NCBI RefSeq assembly: GCF_023055435.1
Contig: NW_025963846.1
Location: forward strand, 5,704,001 to 5,768,000
DNA from: Haliotis rufescens
Lineage: Eukaryota
Length of the DNA stretch: 64,000 nucleotides
Reading direction: 5' to 3'
Each line of letters opens with the position of its first letter. The first letter of the stretch is position 1. The position numbers and the translations under genes were made by a program. The notes beneath the pieces are model-generated. The model saw nothing but the letters and a program-made list of their open reading frames with translations. It ran no database searches and was not told where the DNA came from. Shown here one piece after another: positions 38,722 to 51,630 of this stretch.

Positions 38722-40710
38722 TTTACTGACCTAGCAGAGAAATACAGTAACGACATTGGCGGTCTCACCTACCGACATTTACTGACCTAGCAGAGAAATA
38801 CAGCAACGACATTGGCGGTCTCACCTACCGACATTTACTGACCTAGCAGTGAAATACAGCAACGACATTGGCGGTCTCACCTGCCGACATTTACCGACCT
38901 AGCAGAGAAATACAGTAACGACAATGGCGGTATCACCTACCGACATTTACTGACCTAGCAGAGAAATACAGCAACGACACTGGCGGTCTCACCTACCGAC
39001 ATTTACTGACCTAGCAGAGAAATACAGTAACGACATTGGCGGTCTCACCTACCGACATTTACTGACCTTGCAGAGAAATACAGCAACGACATTGGCGGTC
39101 TCACCTACCGACATTTACTGACCTAGCAGAGAAATACATCAACGACACTGGCGGTCTCACCTACCGACATTTACTGACCTAGCAGAGAAATACAGCAACG
39201 ACATTGGCGGTATCACCTAGCGACATTTACTGACCTTGCAGAGCAATACAGCAACAACATTGGCGGTCTCACCTACCGACATTTACTGACCTAGCAGAGA
39301 AAAAGAGTAACGACATTGGCGGTCTCACCTACCGACATTTACTGACCTTGCAGAGAAATACAGCAACGACATTGGCGGTCTCACCTACCGACATTTACTG
39401 ACCTTGCAGAGAAATACAGCAACGACATTGGCGGTTTCACCTACCGACATTTACTGACCTAGCAGAGAAAAAGAGTAACGACATTGGCGGTCTCACCTAC
39501 CGACATTTACTGACCTAGCAGAGAAATACAGCAACGACATTGGCGGTCTCACCTACCGACATTTACTGACCTAGCAGAGACATACAGCAACGACACTGGC
39601 GGTCTTACCTACCGACATTTACTGACCTAGCAGAGAAATACAGCAACGACATTGGCGGTCTCACCTGCCGACATTTACTGACCTAGCAGAGACATACAGC
39701 AACGACATTGGCGGTCTCACCTACCGACATTTACTGACCTAGCAGAGAAATACAGTAACGACATTGGCGGTATCACCTACCGACATTTACTGACCTAGCA
39801 GAGAAATACAGTAACGACATTGGCGGTCTCACCTGCCGACATTTACTGACCTAGCAGAGAAATACAGCAACGACATTGGCGGTCTCACCTACCGACATTT
39901 ACTGACCTAGCAGAGAAATACAGTAACGACATTGGCGGTCTCACCTGCCGACATTTACTGACCTAGCAGAGAAATACAGCAACGACATTGGCGGTCTCAC
40001 CTACCGACATTTACTGACCTAGCAGAGACATACAGCAACGACACTGGCGGTCTTACCTACCGACATTTACTGACCTAGCAGAGAAATACAGCAACGACAT
40101 TGGCGGTCTCACCTGCCGACATTTACTGACCTAGCAGAGACATACAGCAACGACATTGGCGGTCTCACCTACCGACATTTTCTGACCTAGCAGAGAAATA
40201 CAGTAACGACATTGGCGGTATCACCTACCGACATTTACTGACCTAGCAGAGAAATACAGTAACGACATTGGCGGTCTCACCTGCCGACATTTACTGACCT
40301 AGCAGAGAAATACAGCAACGACATTGGCGGTCTCACCTACCGACATTTACTGACCTAGCAGAGAAATACAGTAACGACATTGGCGGTCTCACCTGCCGAC
40401 ATTTACTGACCTAGCAGAGAAATACAGTAACGACATTGGCGGTCTCACCTACCGACATTTACTGACCTAGCAGAGAAATACAGTAACGACATTGGCGGTC
40501 TCACCTGCCGACATTTACTGACCTAGCAAAGAAATACAGTAACGACATTGGCGGTCTCACCTACCGACATTTACTGACCTAGCAGAGACATACAGCAACG
40601 ACATTGGCGGTCTCACCTGCCGACATTTACTGACCTAGCAGAGAAATACAATAACAACACTGACGGCCCCACCTACCGACATTTACTGACCTAGCAGAGA
40701 ATTACAGTAA
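38722..40710. repeat. 56-bp tandem array (GACATTTACTGACCTAGCAGAGAAATACAGCAACGACATTGGCGGTCTCACCTACC), ~35 units
   Basis: Period 56, e.g. 38774 to 38830; highly homogeneous. Confidence 0.97.
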
Positions 40711-40720
40711 CAATGACGCA

Positions 40721-40890
40721 TGTAAGTGAGTGAGTGAGTATGGTTTAACGCCGCTTTTAGCAATATTCCAGCAATATCACGGCGGGGGACACCAGAAATG
40801 GGCTTCAAACTTTGTACCCATGTCGGGAATCAAACCTGGGTCTTCGGCGTGACGAGCGAATGCTTTAACCACTAGGCTACCCGACCGCCC
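40721..40890 (-). mobile_element. SINE family A
   Basis: TSD CAATGACGCA at 40711-40720/40891-40900. Confidence 0.9.
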
Positions 40891-41331
40891 CAATGACGCA
40901 AGTCATTCCAGTACAATTATACTGAAGTATGTTCGAAGACATATCTGCTCTATATCGATACTTCGCCTCAGCCTTCTTACGTATATGTTGTCTCTGCTAT
41001 TTTGACATTAGGCTGGAACCTTTTGGTTTGCCACCGATAATAATTGGTAGACATGTTCCAAATTCCAAATTTGACGCATCAGTGATAAAAATGATGTCCG
41101 ACGCAGTTCCTTATTATAACTTGTACCTTGTTGTTCACCTGTTTTGTCAGAACAGTTGACTTGTTTTTGCATGTGTTTGTGATGGGTGCCTCCGATGGGA
41201 CAGGATACGCCCACTTTTTCGCGAAGACTTGGAATCATCACTTTGATAATGATTCATAATCACATACTAATGATATAGTCGGAATTGTATAATGGACTCT
41301 GCTTTTGTAACCATCTATTATGATTATGGAA

Positions 41332-41642
41332 AGTTTTTGTCGCTTTTATCTGTCTGTCTATTATCATAATATTTGTTTTTGTCGCTTTTATCTGTCTGTC
41401 TATTATCATAATATTAGTTTTTGTCGCTTTTATCTGTCTGTCTATTATCATATTTGTTTTGTGGCTTTTATCTGTCTGTCTATTATCATATTTGTTTTGT
41501 CGCTTTTATTTTTCTGTCTATTATCATATTTTTTCTGTTTGTTTTTGTCGCTTTTATCTGTCTGTCTATTATCATAGTTTTTGTTTTTGTCGCTTTTATC
41601 TGTCTGTCTATTATCATAATTTTTGTTTTTGTCGCTTTTATT
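41332..41642. repeat. ~40-bp pyrimidine-rich tandem repeat (TTTTGTCGCTTTTATCTGTCTGTCTATTATCATA...)
   Basis: About 7-8 units. Confidence 0.9.
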
Positions 41643-42144
41643 TAAATCAATGTTACCATAACGAACAACTAAAAAACGCCAGCACACTTGAGGTGAGTAA
41701 AGCATAATAACGACACAAGGACACAAGGATGGACATGTCTTTGTATAATCTGCCTCGTATTCCATTCCACACAATTCTCGTACACCAATTGACGGCACTT
41801 GTCGTCCGTACGATGATAATTCTGTCATATTTGGTAGACGGTTTCAATATGTATTGAGATAACCCATCGACAGAAGAAGTCAAGGTGGCCCAGCGACAGA
41901 TAAGATACTTGGGACCTACCGATCGACAAACGAGGTTAGAAGTGGCTCTTCGACTGACAAGATACTTAAGTCCTGGGGACAGACGAAGCGCCAGTGTAGC
42001 CCAGCGACAGGAGCTGCTGAACGAGGGCGTTAGGTATAAGTGCCCAAGCGACAGACAATGTACTTAGAGACCTACATACGTACCCGGTACAGGTGACCGG
42101 GTAGCTGTAGAGGTACCTGTTGCATAGCAACAGTCAGTGACATA

Positions 42145-42335
42145 GTGAGTGAGTCAGTTTGGTTTAACGCAGATTTGAAAATACATTTCTGTATATAAAC
42201 GGCGTGTGGAATGGAATTGCATAAGTAATGTAGGTCTTATACGCTTACGACTTCATTTAAACCTACAAGCATGGATATGGCGTTGACAGTTACATAATCC
42301 GGGCTAACTGATACGTTTCTGGCATCTTCCCAAGG
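42145..42335 (-). mobile_element. SINE family D, old diverged copy
   Basis: (GAGT)n tail plus similarity to 48088-48358. Confidence 0.55.
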
Positions 42336-42834
42336 CAACAGCGTCCACTTTTCTATAAAAGTCTAGTTTTCACCTCTGCCCTTTCAAGCCAACTTTTCTT
42401 GCATCGATCGTGGCGCCACCCTATGTAGAGCAGGGATGTGCACCTTTCGATGAAAACGCGAAATCCAATCACAGTTTTATTTCAAATGGCTTCGCCAAGA
42501 CGGCGGCTATCATTACAGACGACCTGGTCCATCAAATAACGAAAAGATTCGAAATTTCACCCTGACAGACAAATAAAATGACAGACTACCACAGTAAAGG
42601 TATCTATTACAGTCACATTTCGCTGTCAAAATAACAGAGGCGCATGGACTGCACATTATCAAGTAAAACTGCACATCACGGTAACATGAAACGCGTCAAA
42701 AAGTAGGACTGAACGTTTATCGCAGTAACTGAGATGCAGTCGTTCGAGTTTAAGTCGGCTTGAAAGGGCAAGGGTGAAACGTAGAATTTGATATACATGT
42801 AGGTTAGTGGACACTCTTGTCTCGGGAAGATGAA

Positions 42835-44090
42835 GAGGTATAATTTGCCCAAAAGGATGTACCAGGTTCTTAGTAATAGTAGAGGTACCAGATGCCCAGA
42901 AACAGAAGAGGTACCGGTTACCCAGTGACAGGAGGTGAACTGGTTGCCCACAAGATGTACCTGTTGCCTAGAAACAGAAGCGGTACCCGCTGCACAAAAA
43001 ATGTATCGTTTGGAGGAGGTACCAGTTGCCTAGTGACAGAAGAGGTACCGTTGCCAAGTGACAGAAGAGGTACCGGTTGCCCACTGATAGAAGAGGTACC
43101 ATTGCCAAGTGACAGAAGAGGTACCGGTTGCCAAGTGACAGAAGAGGTACCAGTTGCCCACTGAAAGAAGAGGTACCATTGCCAAGTGACAGAAGAGGTA
43201 CCGGTTGCCAAGTGATAGAAGAGGTACCGGTTGCCCAGTGATAGAGGAGGTACCACTGCCAAGTGACAGAAGAGGTATCGGTTGCCAAGTGACAGATGAG
43301 GTATCGGTTGCCCAGTGATAGAAGAGGTACCGGTTGCCCAGTGATAGAAGGGGCACCATTTGCCCAATAACAGAAGAGCTGACATTGCCAAGTGACAACC
43401 GATCCACCCTGCCCAGCGGCAGAAGATGTACCGGTGGATTAGTAACAGAAGATGTACCGGTGGATTAGTAACAGAAGATGTACCGGTGGATTAATAACAG
43501 AAGATGTACCGGTGGATTAGTAACAGAAGGTGTACCTGTGGATTAGTAACAGAAGGTGTACCGGTGGATTAGTAACAGAAGATGTACCTGTGGATTAGTA
43601 ACAGAAGATGTACCGGTGGATTAGCAATAGAAGGTATACCGGTGGATTAGTAACAGAAGGTGTACCGGTGGATTAGTAACAGAAGGTGTACAGGTGGATT
43701 AGTAACAGAAGGTGTACCGGTGGATAAGTAACAGAAGGTGTACCGGTGGATTAGTAACAGAAGGTGTACCTGTGGATTAATAACAGAAGGTGAACCTGTG
43801 GATTAATAACAGAAGATGTACCGGTGGATTAGTAACAGAAGATGTACCGGTGGATTAGTAACAGAAGATGTACCGGTGGGTTAGTAACAGAAGATGTACC
43901 GGTGGATTAATAACAGAAGATGTACCGGTGGATTAGTAACAGAAGGTGTACCTGTGGATTAGTAACAGAAGGTGTACTGGTGGATTAGTAACAGAAGATG
44001 TACTGGTGGATTAGTAACAGAAGGTGTACCTGTGGATTAGTAACAGAAGGTGTACTGGTGGATTAGTAACAAAGGATGTACTGGTTGCCC
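42835..44090. repeat. compound 26-bp tandem array: GACAGAAGAGGTACCGGTTGCCAAGT (to ~43420), then AACAGAAGATGTACCGGTGGATTAGT
   Basis: Both units are directly visible. Confidence 0.92.
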
Positions 44091-44744
44091 GCTCACAGAA
44101 CATTAACACTTGCCATACCTGACCAGTTTCCGACATGATATGGAACAATGAAGGGCACTGGAAATAAATAAATGTGCAATCGATATTTTGAATCCTTCAC
44201 TGATATTGCTTTGTCTTAAAAGTGAATACGGTCAACACCTTGACGCGTTATGCTCGCATCGAAAGTCCAGTTAACTTGATTTATATTAGTGACGCGTGTC
44301 TGGTCATTTCTCATGTTAATGGCCCCTACCGGCCTTTCAATAACGTGATAACCTAAATACTTAGCATCATCTTCCTGGTCGTACACAGGACAGGGTGAAA
44401 TGAGGTTAAACGATGGCATTAGGCTTATGACGGCTAACATTGACAACACGACTGGAATCTTTTGGACGAAACACCGACATTCCGCATTGTACATCGTTAT
44501 GTACTGTAATATATCAGATACTTCAGATACGCTTCATATACTAACAAATATTGTACATAGTAATGCACAATTTAATATACTTAAGAATGCAATCAGAAGT
44601 GTACATCACATCGTCAATACTTATGTATTTACGGTTGATAGTGGGACGCAGTGTAAACAAATTCGTGAAGTAATCGTAATTCACGCTTTAATACACTAGG
44701 GAATTCTTAAAGTCAATTACTTATTCCGTAGTGTACATTGTCAT

Positions 44745-44910
44745 GGGGACGGCTGGGTAGCCTTGTGGCTAAAGCGTTCGCTCCCTACCCCGAAGGCTCG
44801 GATTCGATTCTCTACGTTGGTAAATTGTGTGACGCTCATTTCTGGTGTTCCCCGCCGCGATATTGCTGAAGTACAGCTGAAAGCGACGTAAAACCATAAT
44901 CACTCACCCA
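44745..44910 (+). mobile_element. SINE family A, diverged
   Basis: Head, body and tail are recognisable. Confidence 0.8.
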
Positions 44911-44927
44911 CATATTCATTGCAAAAC

Positions 44928-45236
44928 GACCGTTTCCGTGGTCTAGTGGTAGAGCGGCCGCCCGGAGAGCGGAAGCTCCGGGGTTTGATCCCCGTCCGCC
45001 TTATACCAAAAGACGTTAAAAGATGGTACTTGTTGTTACCCTGTCTAGCTATCGGCATTAAGGGGCTAAAACAAGGACTGGTCGAGTCGGAGTCAGTATG
45101 CTGTGTCTGAGTGGGGTATTGATTTTAAACTGCGGCTTTGTATCTCAGTGAGCTAGCACTATAAAATCGGCATTTGTCCGCACATACACGTGCAATAATC
45201 TTGGACGCGACGTTAAAGCCCATTTCACTTCACCTC
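44928..45236 (+). mobile_element. SINE family C (V-SINE-like)
   Basis: Homologous to 37479-37828 with an internal deletion. Confidence 0.85.
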
Positions 45237-45254
45237 ATTGTAAAGCACGCAGTA

Positions 45255-45429
45255 CAGTAAACTACGTGTAAAACGAACACCCTTATAACGAACTGAAGGA
45301 TATAACGAACTTACTTTTTTGTCCCGACTATTTGCTGAAGTTATGCTGTATATATGCTTATAACGAACTACGGTTATAACGAACTAAAATTAGTAGTCCC
45401 GTTGAGTTCGTTATAACCGTAGTTTACTG
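45255..45429. mobile_element. Tigger/pogo-type MITE
   Basis: TIRs CAGTAAACTACG/CGTAGTTTACTG, TA TSD, internal TTATAACGAAC repeats. Confidence 0.8.
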
Positions 45430-45772
45430 TATTATAGTGGATTGTGTGCTCTGTCGTGTCGTCCTGAATATATATTCCTCAAAGGCTTTGTGATAAGATA
45501 GTCTGTTGACACAAACTTGAAAGGTTTGTTGTGGCAGTTTATGTTGGGTGTATCTACAGAGGTGGATGTAGACTGGGAGATGTCGGGGCTCTATCTTGTC
45601 ACCGTATGTCGGTCAGTCAGGCCACGTTCTGTAAGTCTTTGATGTCACAACTGAAAAACTGAAAAAGTCAAGATTAATCTATCAAGGACATCCGTTCGTT
45701 GATATATACAAAATGTCTAGTTTGGTTGAAAATGAAAGCTATTAAAAGTTTAAATGGTTTCTACATTGCTGA

Positions 45773-45944
45773 GGGGCGGTCGGGTAGCCTAGTGGTTAAA
45801 GCGTTCGCTCGTCACGCCGAAGACCCGGGTTCGATTCCCGACATGGGTGCAATGTGTGAAGCCCATTTCTGGTGTCCCCCGCCGTGATATTGCTGGAATA
45901 TTGCTAAAAGCGGCGTAAAACCATACTCACTCACTCACTCACTT
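45773..45944 (+). mobile_element. SINE family A
   Basis: Full length; TSD ATTGCTGAGG. Confidence 0.92.
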
Positions 45945-46014
45945 ATTGCTGAGGTTATACTCTACGACGGGCTAAATTCATTTTTCAATTATATTAATCT
46001 CCTCCGTGCGAACA

Positions 46015-46133
46015 TGGACGCCGTTCTACAAAGCTATCTTAGCGCTACTACCGTCGTAAGTCTACTTGTCTAAGTCAAACTTATGGAGCTACAATCGTCG
46101 TAGTGCTACGAACACTTTGTGGAGCTGGGCCCA
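46015..46133. mobile_element. short palindromic MITE-like element
   Basis: Imperfect TIRs GGACGCCGTTCTACAAAG / CTTTGTGGAGCTGGGCCC; internal TAGCGCTAC/GTAGTGCTA inverted repeat. Confidence 0.4.
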
Positions 46134-46691
46134 GGTATTGAAAACGTCCCCGACTCTCTATTGATTGTTGTAAGGTTTGGGGATCCGTCACGATGATGTT
46201 TTTTGTTGAGACGTATCCCCGTCGGCCATGGTGGTGCTCATCCTATCAGGTCACAGTGTCTATTATTTGCAAGGCGTCGCGCTATAGCAGAAATACTACT
46301 GTCTGTGGCATAAAACAACATTCACACTCTCTGTGGTTCCACATTAACACTTGTAAAACAGGGCCAAGACAGAAAAAAGATACTTTTATCATATCAAATG
46401 TTTTTCAAAGAGGACAAAAACAGTTTAAGATAACAACTTCTTTCTTATACTGTAATAGCGACCTTTCGGTATAGATTATGATCTATACCGAGACTTAGCT
46501 ATCGCAGTATAAGAAAAGAAGTTGTTATTCCCGGTTTTTTAAAAACTATTTTGGCATCCGTTAACCTTTACGAAATGCATATTAATTAATATTCATCAAT
46601 TGTTTTTATTCACATATATCGAACATTTTTACTTGAGCCGTAAATGCAAAAATGTAGACACTTTGTCTCAACATTCCGTCCATACGTGAAC

Positions 46692-46865
46692 AGTGAGTGA
46701 GTGAGTGAGTGGGTATGGTTTGACGCCGCTTCTAGCAACATTCCAGCAATATCACGGCGGGGGACACCAGAAATGGGCTTCACACATTGTACCCATGTCG
46801 GGAATCGAACCCGGATCTTCGGCGTGATGAGCGAACGCTTTAACCACTAGGCTACCCGACCGCCC
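46692..46865 (-). mobile_element. SINE family A
   Basis: TSD CATACGTGAAC at 46681-46691/46866-46876. Confidence 0.92.
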
Positions 46866-47532
46866 CATACGTGAACTGAGTAGGCGTGGAGAGGATCAGC
46901 CTCGCGGCTGTACTAATCTGGTACGTAGGCTGGAGACGTGGGTATTGACATGGACGCACTGCTGAACCAACAACTTGTAGATGGCGGGGCAGCACTGGAT
47001 GTCCTCAACAACAGTACAATCTGTCACTGTAAGGGTTGCATCTGGATGGTACTGATAATGATAAATCAGCGGCAGACATTCACAGAGCCAAACTAAAGAG
47101 TGAGAACCGAACCAGGTGTACGTGACACCTTATCTGACAGGCGTACAATAGAAAAGGCTTCATTATCACATCTCATAAACACACTGGCACCGATCCTTAG
47201 GTACAGGTTCCCAATGCGTGTTGGTTTCGCCAGTGTGGTAAACGGGTTATATCTACATCTCTTAGATATAACAGAAACACGAATAAAAGTAGCGTTTAAC
47301 CCAACCCACACCCTTCAGCGACCTTTGGGATTCTGGGCGCAGTGGGAATCGGGTAGTCCTAGAGTGTGCCGTGGCTTGTATTGTGCGTCTTCGTAGTCCG
47401 AGGACTTGGCTCGCTCTTCATCCTATCAACCACTGGGTTATCTGGCCCTGATTATTTCCAAATATATCATAATATGTTGTTTTTAATTTAATATAGTTAC
47501 TATTTGTTTACGAGTGACAGGACTTTCTTACA

Positions 47533-47690
47533 GGGCGGCCTGGTAGTCCAGTGGTTAAAGCGTTCGCTTGTCACGACTAAGTACCGGGTTCGATTCCCGA
47601 CATGGGTACAATGTGTGAAACCCATTTCTGGTGTCCCCCGCCGTGATATTGCTGGAATATTGCTCAAAATCGACGTAAACCCGCACGTGC
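47533..47690 (+). mobile_element. SINE family A
   Basis: Head and tail match the consensus. Confidence 0.85.
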
Positions 47691-48087
47691 TCACGTAAGG
47701 TAAACGAGGCAACGAAAACACCTCACTGCAAAGAGCAAAACCTCGTTGTATTTGTATTCGTTTTCCAAAATCGATATTGATTGCGCTTTGTGTTGTAGTG
47801 AAACAAATATGTGTACGATAGTCTGTGAGCTGACGTTGGTGCGGCACGATATGAACAGCTATCATAATGCAAACATTTGTGTATGACGAAAATAACTGCT
47901 GTGTGTGATTCAAAATAGCTCAGTGACTAAGCTGCCCACCGAGTTCTTATGATTGTGTTGGTTCGAGTTTGATAATGTGTGTGTAACTATTATCGAACTA
48001 TGAAATAACCGATAAAGTGAAGGTCACACATTAATTGCTGAATACCGACCACAACAAATGCCACTGCAAACTCTCTTTCCGATAAGT

Positions 48088-48358
48088 AAGTGAGTGAGTG
48101 AGTTGGGTTTAACGCAGCTTTTAACAGTGTTCCAGTTATATCGCGGCGTGTCAGCTTAATGTGGGAGGAAAGCCCGAAGTGATGCAGGTCTTAGACGTTT
48201 ACCACTTTGGTGAAACCCACAAGCACGGGTATGGTGCTGACAAACCTAGAAACATAATCGGGGCGAACCGGGATTCGAACCCACAATCATAGGTTTCTGG
48301 CGTGTCCAAGGGACGTAACTCTGCACAGCGAATCGCGGCGCCTTAGACGACAGGGCCC
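48088..48358 (-). mobile_element. SINE family D
   Basis: Nearly identical to 55111-55388; A/B boxes; (ACTC)n tail. Confidence 0.85.
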
Positions 48359-48504
48359 CCCTCCAAATTGATTAAAGGTTGATACTTTCATAGACGGAAG
48401 CCAGACGGTTTATGAGTAACACATGAGCGCATTATCGCCGTAACTCTGTAGATGTGGCCAGTACGTGCTGAAAATGTCCGGCACTTAAGACGACTGGGTC
48501 ACTC

Positions 48505-48544
<40 letters not shown>

Positions 48545-48961
48545 CCGATAATGCCGTGTTGCACCTCAAGTGCACGTCTTATCTGCTGAAGGACCCTGAC
48601 AGGGCAGCTTACAAAGAAAACACGATAAAATTCAATACACTAGGTAAACAATCCACGCCGGTGAAATATGATCAAAGAAAGAATCCACTTTACTACATTA
48701 TGACAAGTAACGTAGGCAACTAATATCATCAGTGCTTCATAGTGCTTCATAAACACGTGCTTGTCATATGATTCTTATCATTATTATATGTTGTCGTGGG
48801 GTGAGGGGTTCCCACCCGGGTTAAACATGGAACTCATTCCTTGGGTCCCCTGAAATGATAGGCGAGAGTAAAGCTAAAAGTGGAGTTAAACAATAGTAAA
48901 TAACAATTCACTCAGAGAATTATTACTATTTTTATTCATTTCAATCTGTATAATGGTAATG

Positions 48962-49021
<60 letters not shown>
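48962..49021. repeat. (ACT)20 microsatellite
   Basis: Directly visible. Confidence 0.95.
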
Positions 49022-49226
49022 GACCCATACCCATGAAGATCCGTGGTAGAATTGGTCTTCAGCAACCCATGCTTGCCGTAAAAGGTGACTATGCCTGTCG
49101 TAAGAGGCGACTAAAGGGGTCGGTTGGTCAGGCTCGCTGACTTGGTTGATGCGTATCCCAATTGCGTGGATCGATGCTCATGATGTCAATCACTGGATTG
49201 TCTGGTCCAGACTTGATTATTTACAG
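49022..49226 (+). mobile_element. SINE family B, 3'-truncated
   Basis: Head and body match; tail absent. Confidence 0.8.
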
Positions 49227-50803
49227 TAATAATAATGTGCGACAATTAATATGAAGAGGGCGTGGAAAATTATAATTATATCATTCTTTGGAATAGACCT
49301 CTTGGATACATCCAACGAAATCGTGTTTATCATCGAATTCTCTGTCCCTTTTGACACTAATGTGATTGACAAGATTCAGAAACAGCATGGCAAAAATGTG
49401 GACCTCGCTTACGAAATGTCACTTGAGTGTCAGAAAAAAAAGTTCCTTAAGTTCCAAGCGTACATTCGTAAAAAACCAATTATGGACAGTTAAGTAATGA
49501 CTTTTTTTTCAAATTTCTGATAATACGTTAAAACCTATTTTTAAACAACCGTTCCAAGCTTGCATGCTAGTTTTACAGAAACTCATCACTTGAAATCAGC
49601 AAAGGTTAAGTGTTACAAATATATCCTGACAAGTAGGAACAGTGAGGTTTTTACGCCGCTTTTACCGATATTCCAGGAATATCATCTGCGGTCAAGTAGG
49701 AAAACCTACAACTGTTTGCTTAACGACTTCCGGTTTATCGCATATGGGAGCGATGTTTCGATGTAGAGTCGTACACCGTTATCAAGCCGATGAGAGGTAT
49801 ATATGACATGTTGTGATAAGCAGCAGATTAACATTGAAAAGAACAGGTGATTGATATCAAATAGCACACAGGTAATGAAGCCTGATGAATGAATGAAAGA
49901 CTGAATCAATGTCTTTGAATCTTCAAGATAAATCCGAAGATTCTCAAAACATCAAAATTATGGAATTAAATAACAAAAATATTAAACATATATATCAATG
50001 TCCCGCATATATACAGGCTATAAACAGAGAGAATTAAATGTTGTTTAAATCTTATATAAATACTTTGATAATTCTATAATTATAAAATTCAACGTTATTT
50101 CATGTCAATGTCTTTTCTCATTCCACAAAGAAAGAATGCTGACATATCATGGTCATCCATCATTTCTATTTTAATATACATTTCAACATCGAGATTATCA
50201 ATTAGAGTTAAAAAGAATACATCTCTCCCTGCAAGTACACATTTACAGTTTAAAATGACATTTCTGATAATACTCATAAACATAAGTATTACATTTTGTA
50301 CTTTCAGATATTTTGCTTCTGGAACCTATCCTTATTGCATCTTTTTTTCTTCTCTCAATTATGTATATAGTATTACAATACTGTATAACACATGACGAGT
50401 TAGCATTGTGTGAATTTTAGAAAATCGAAACATGTCAGCTCTACATGATAATATATTTCCATACTTCTTCCTAGTGAGTAGTTATTCCATTTAACACAAT
50501 CGTTCTCCTCTTATTCTTCGCTGGGAATTCTCCTGTGCAAACGTAGTGAAATACATGATGAAGTAGGTTATATTTCTTAACTGCTGGAACATGTCAGCTC
50601 CACATGATAATTTATATTTCCATACATCGTTTCCATACAAATAGTCGTTAAAACACTGCAAACGTAAGGTTCAAAACATAACTACGACACCTGTATTAAA
50701 CAGCTTTGTCCGGAACCACCCACCACCCCCTTTTGAAAACCAAATTTAGTATGTTGCAGGCAGGTTGATCTGACAGAGGATTTTGATATTTGGACACCCC
50801 CCC

Positions 50804-50834
<31 letters not shown>

Positions 50835-51630
50835 ACACCCGTTTTAAAAATACTGGATTAATGGATCCGCTCTTGTATCCTAAAACATACTTTTTACGTC
50901 ATACTTGGAATTTCCTAAATTAAGGCTATTTCTTCTGACGGAGAATAATGGAGAATCACGTTTATAACCACTGCCGCCCAAAGTTGGACAGAATGGCTGA
51001 CAACAAACACGGAAGTAAATTCACCGTTTTGATTGGTCCATGAATGATTGACAGGTGAAAGGCTGTGCGATATATGTCAAGCCCGTCACACTCGCTAATA
51101 TCAGTGGTTGGGAAAGTAGCCAATCACTGACGGGGAGAAACTCAGTCAGTATCAGTAAAGGCAGGAGACATCTCTATGATCGATACATCGTGACGGGGCA
51201 GAAGAAGAAAATACTTTCCGAGTACACGTGTAATTCTCCAGGTGATTCAGTAATCATCCCCTCCCGACTACACCACAACAAATAGCTCCCAGAGAGCGCT
51301 GTCACCCTGGTTGCCTGTCCCCGATACGGACCAAGGCCGCATGACGCTATTGCTGCTTATCGTGGTGGTGGGCATGATGTTAAGGCGATTTTAATACCAA
51401 GGGTTGTCCCAGAGCTTCAGCAGTAAGATAACGTTGATTGAAAGGGCTTCAGTAATAATCAAGTCTAGTTATTCTCGTGCAATGACGTTTTATATTTACA
51501 CGATCTTGTGAAAGTTTAAAACACAAACCCGATGAGTGAAGGTTCTTATTACCTACTCTGGCTCTTTTGCGCCACACGGATGGAACTTGTCGTCATGGTA
51601 ACCTAAAAAGAGGGGTGCACAGTTCTTTGG

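Noticed and set aside
38722-40710. CRISPR-like appearance of the 44/47/56/39-bp arrays
   Set aside because: The units are contiguous with no unique spacers, there are no cas genes, and the context is eukaryotic.
41720-41830. Cys-containing minus-strand peptide (LCGMEYEADYTKTCPSLC) reminiscent of EGF-like repeats
   Set aside because: Cys spacing is incomplete and the ORF runs into a tandem repeat; not supportable.
45773-45850. tRNA-Asp-like and other tRNA-like sequences
   Set aside because: These are SINE heads: no acceptor stem closure, followed by SINE body and tail, and flanked by TSDs.
46950-47095. Ankyrin-like snippet LVDGGAALDVLNN
   Set aside because: Too short, lacks the TPLH motif, and has no supported exon structure.
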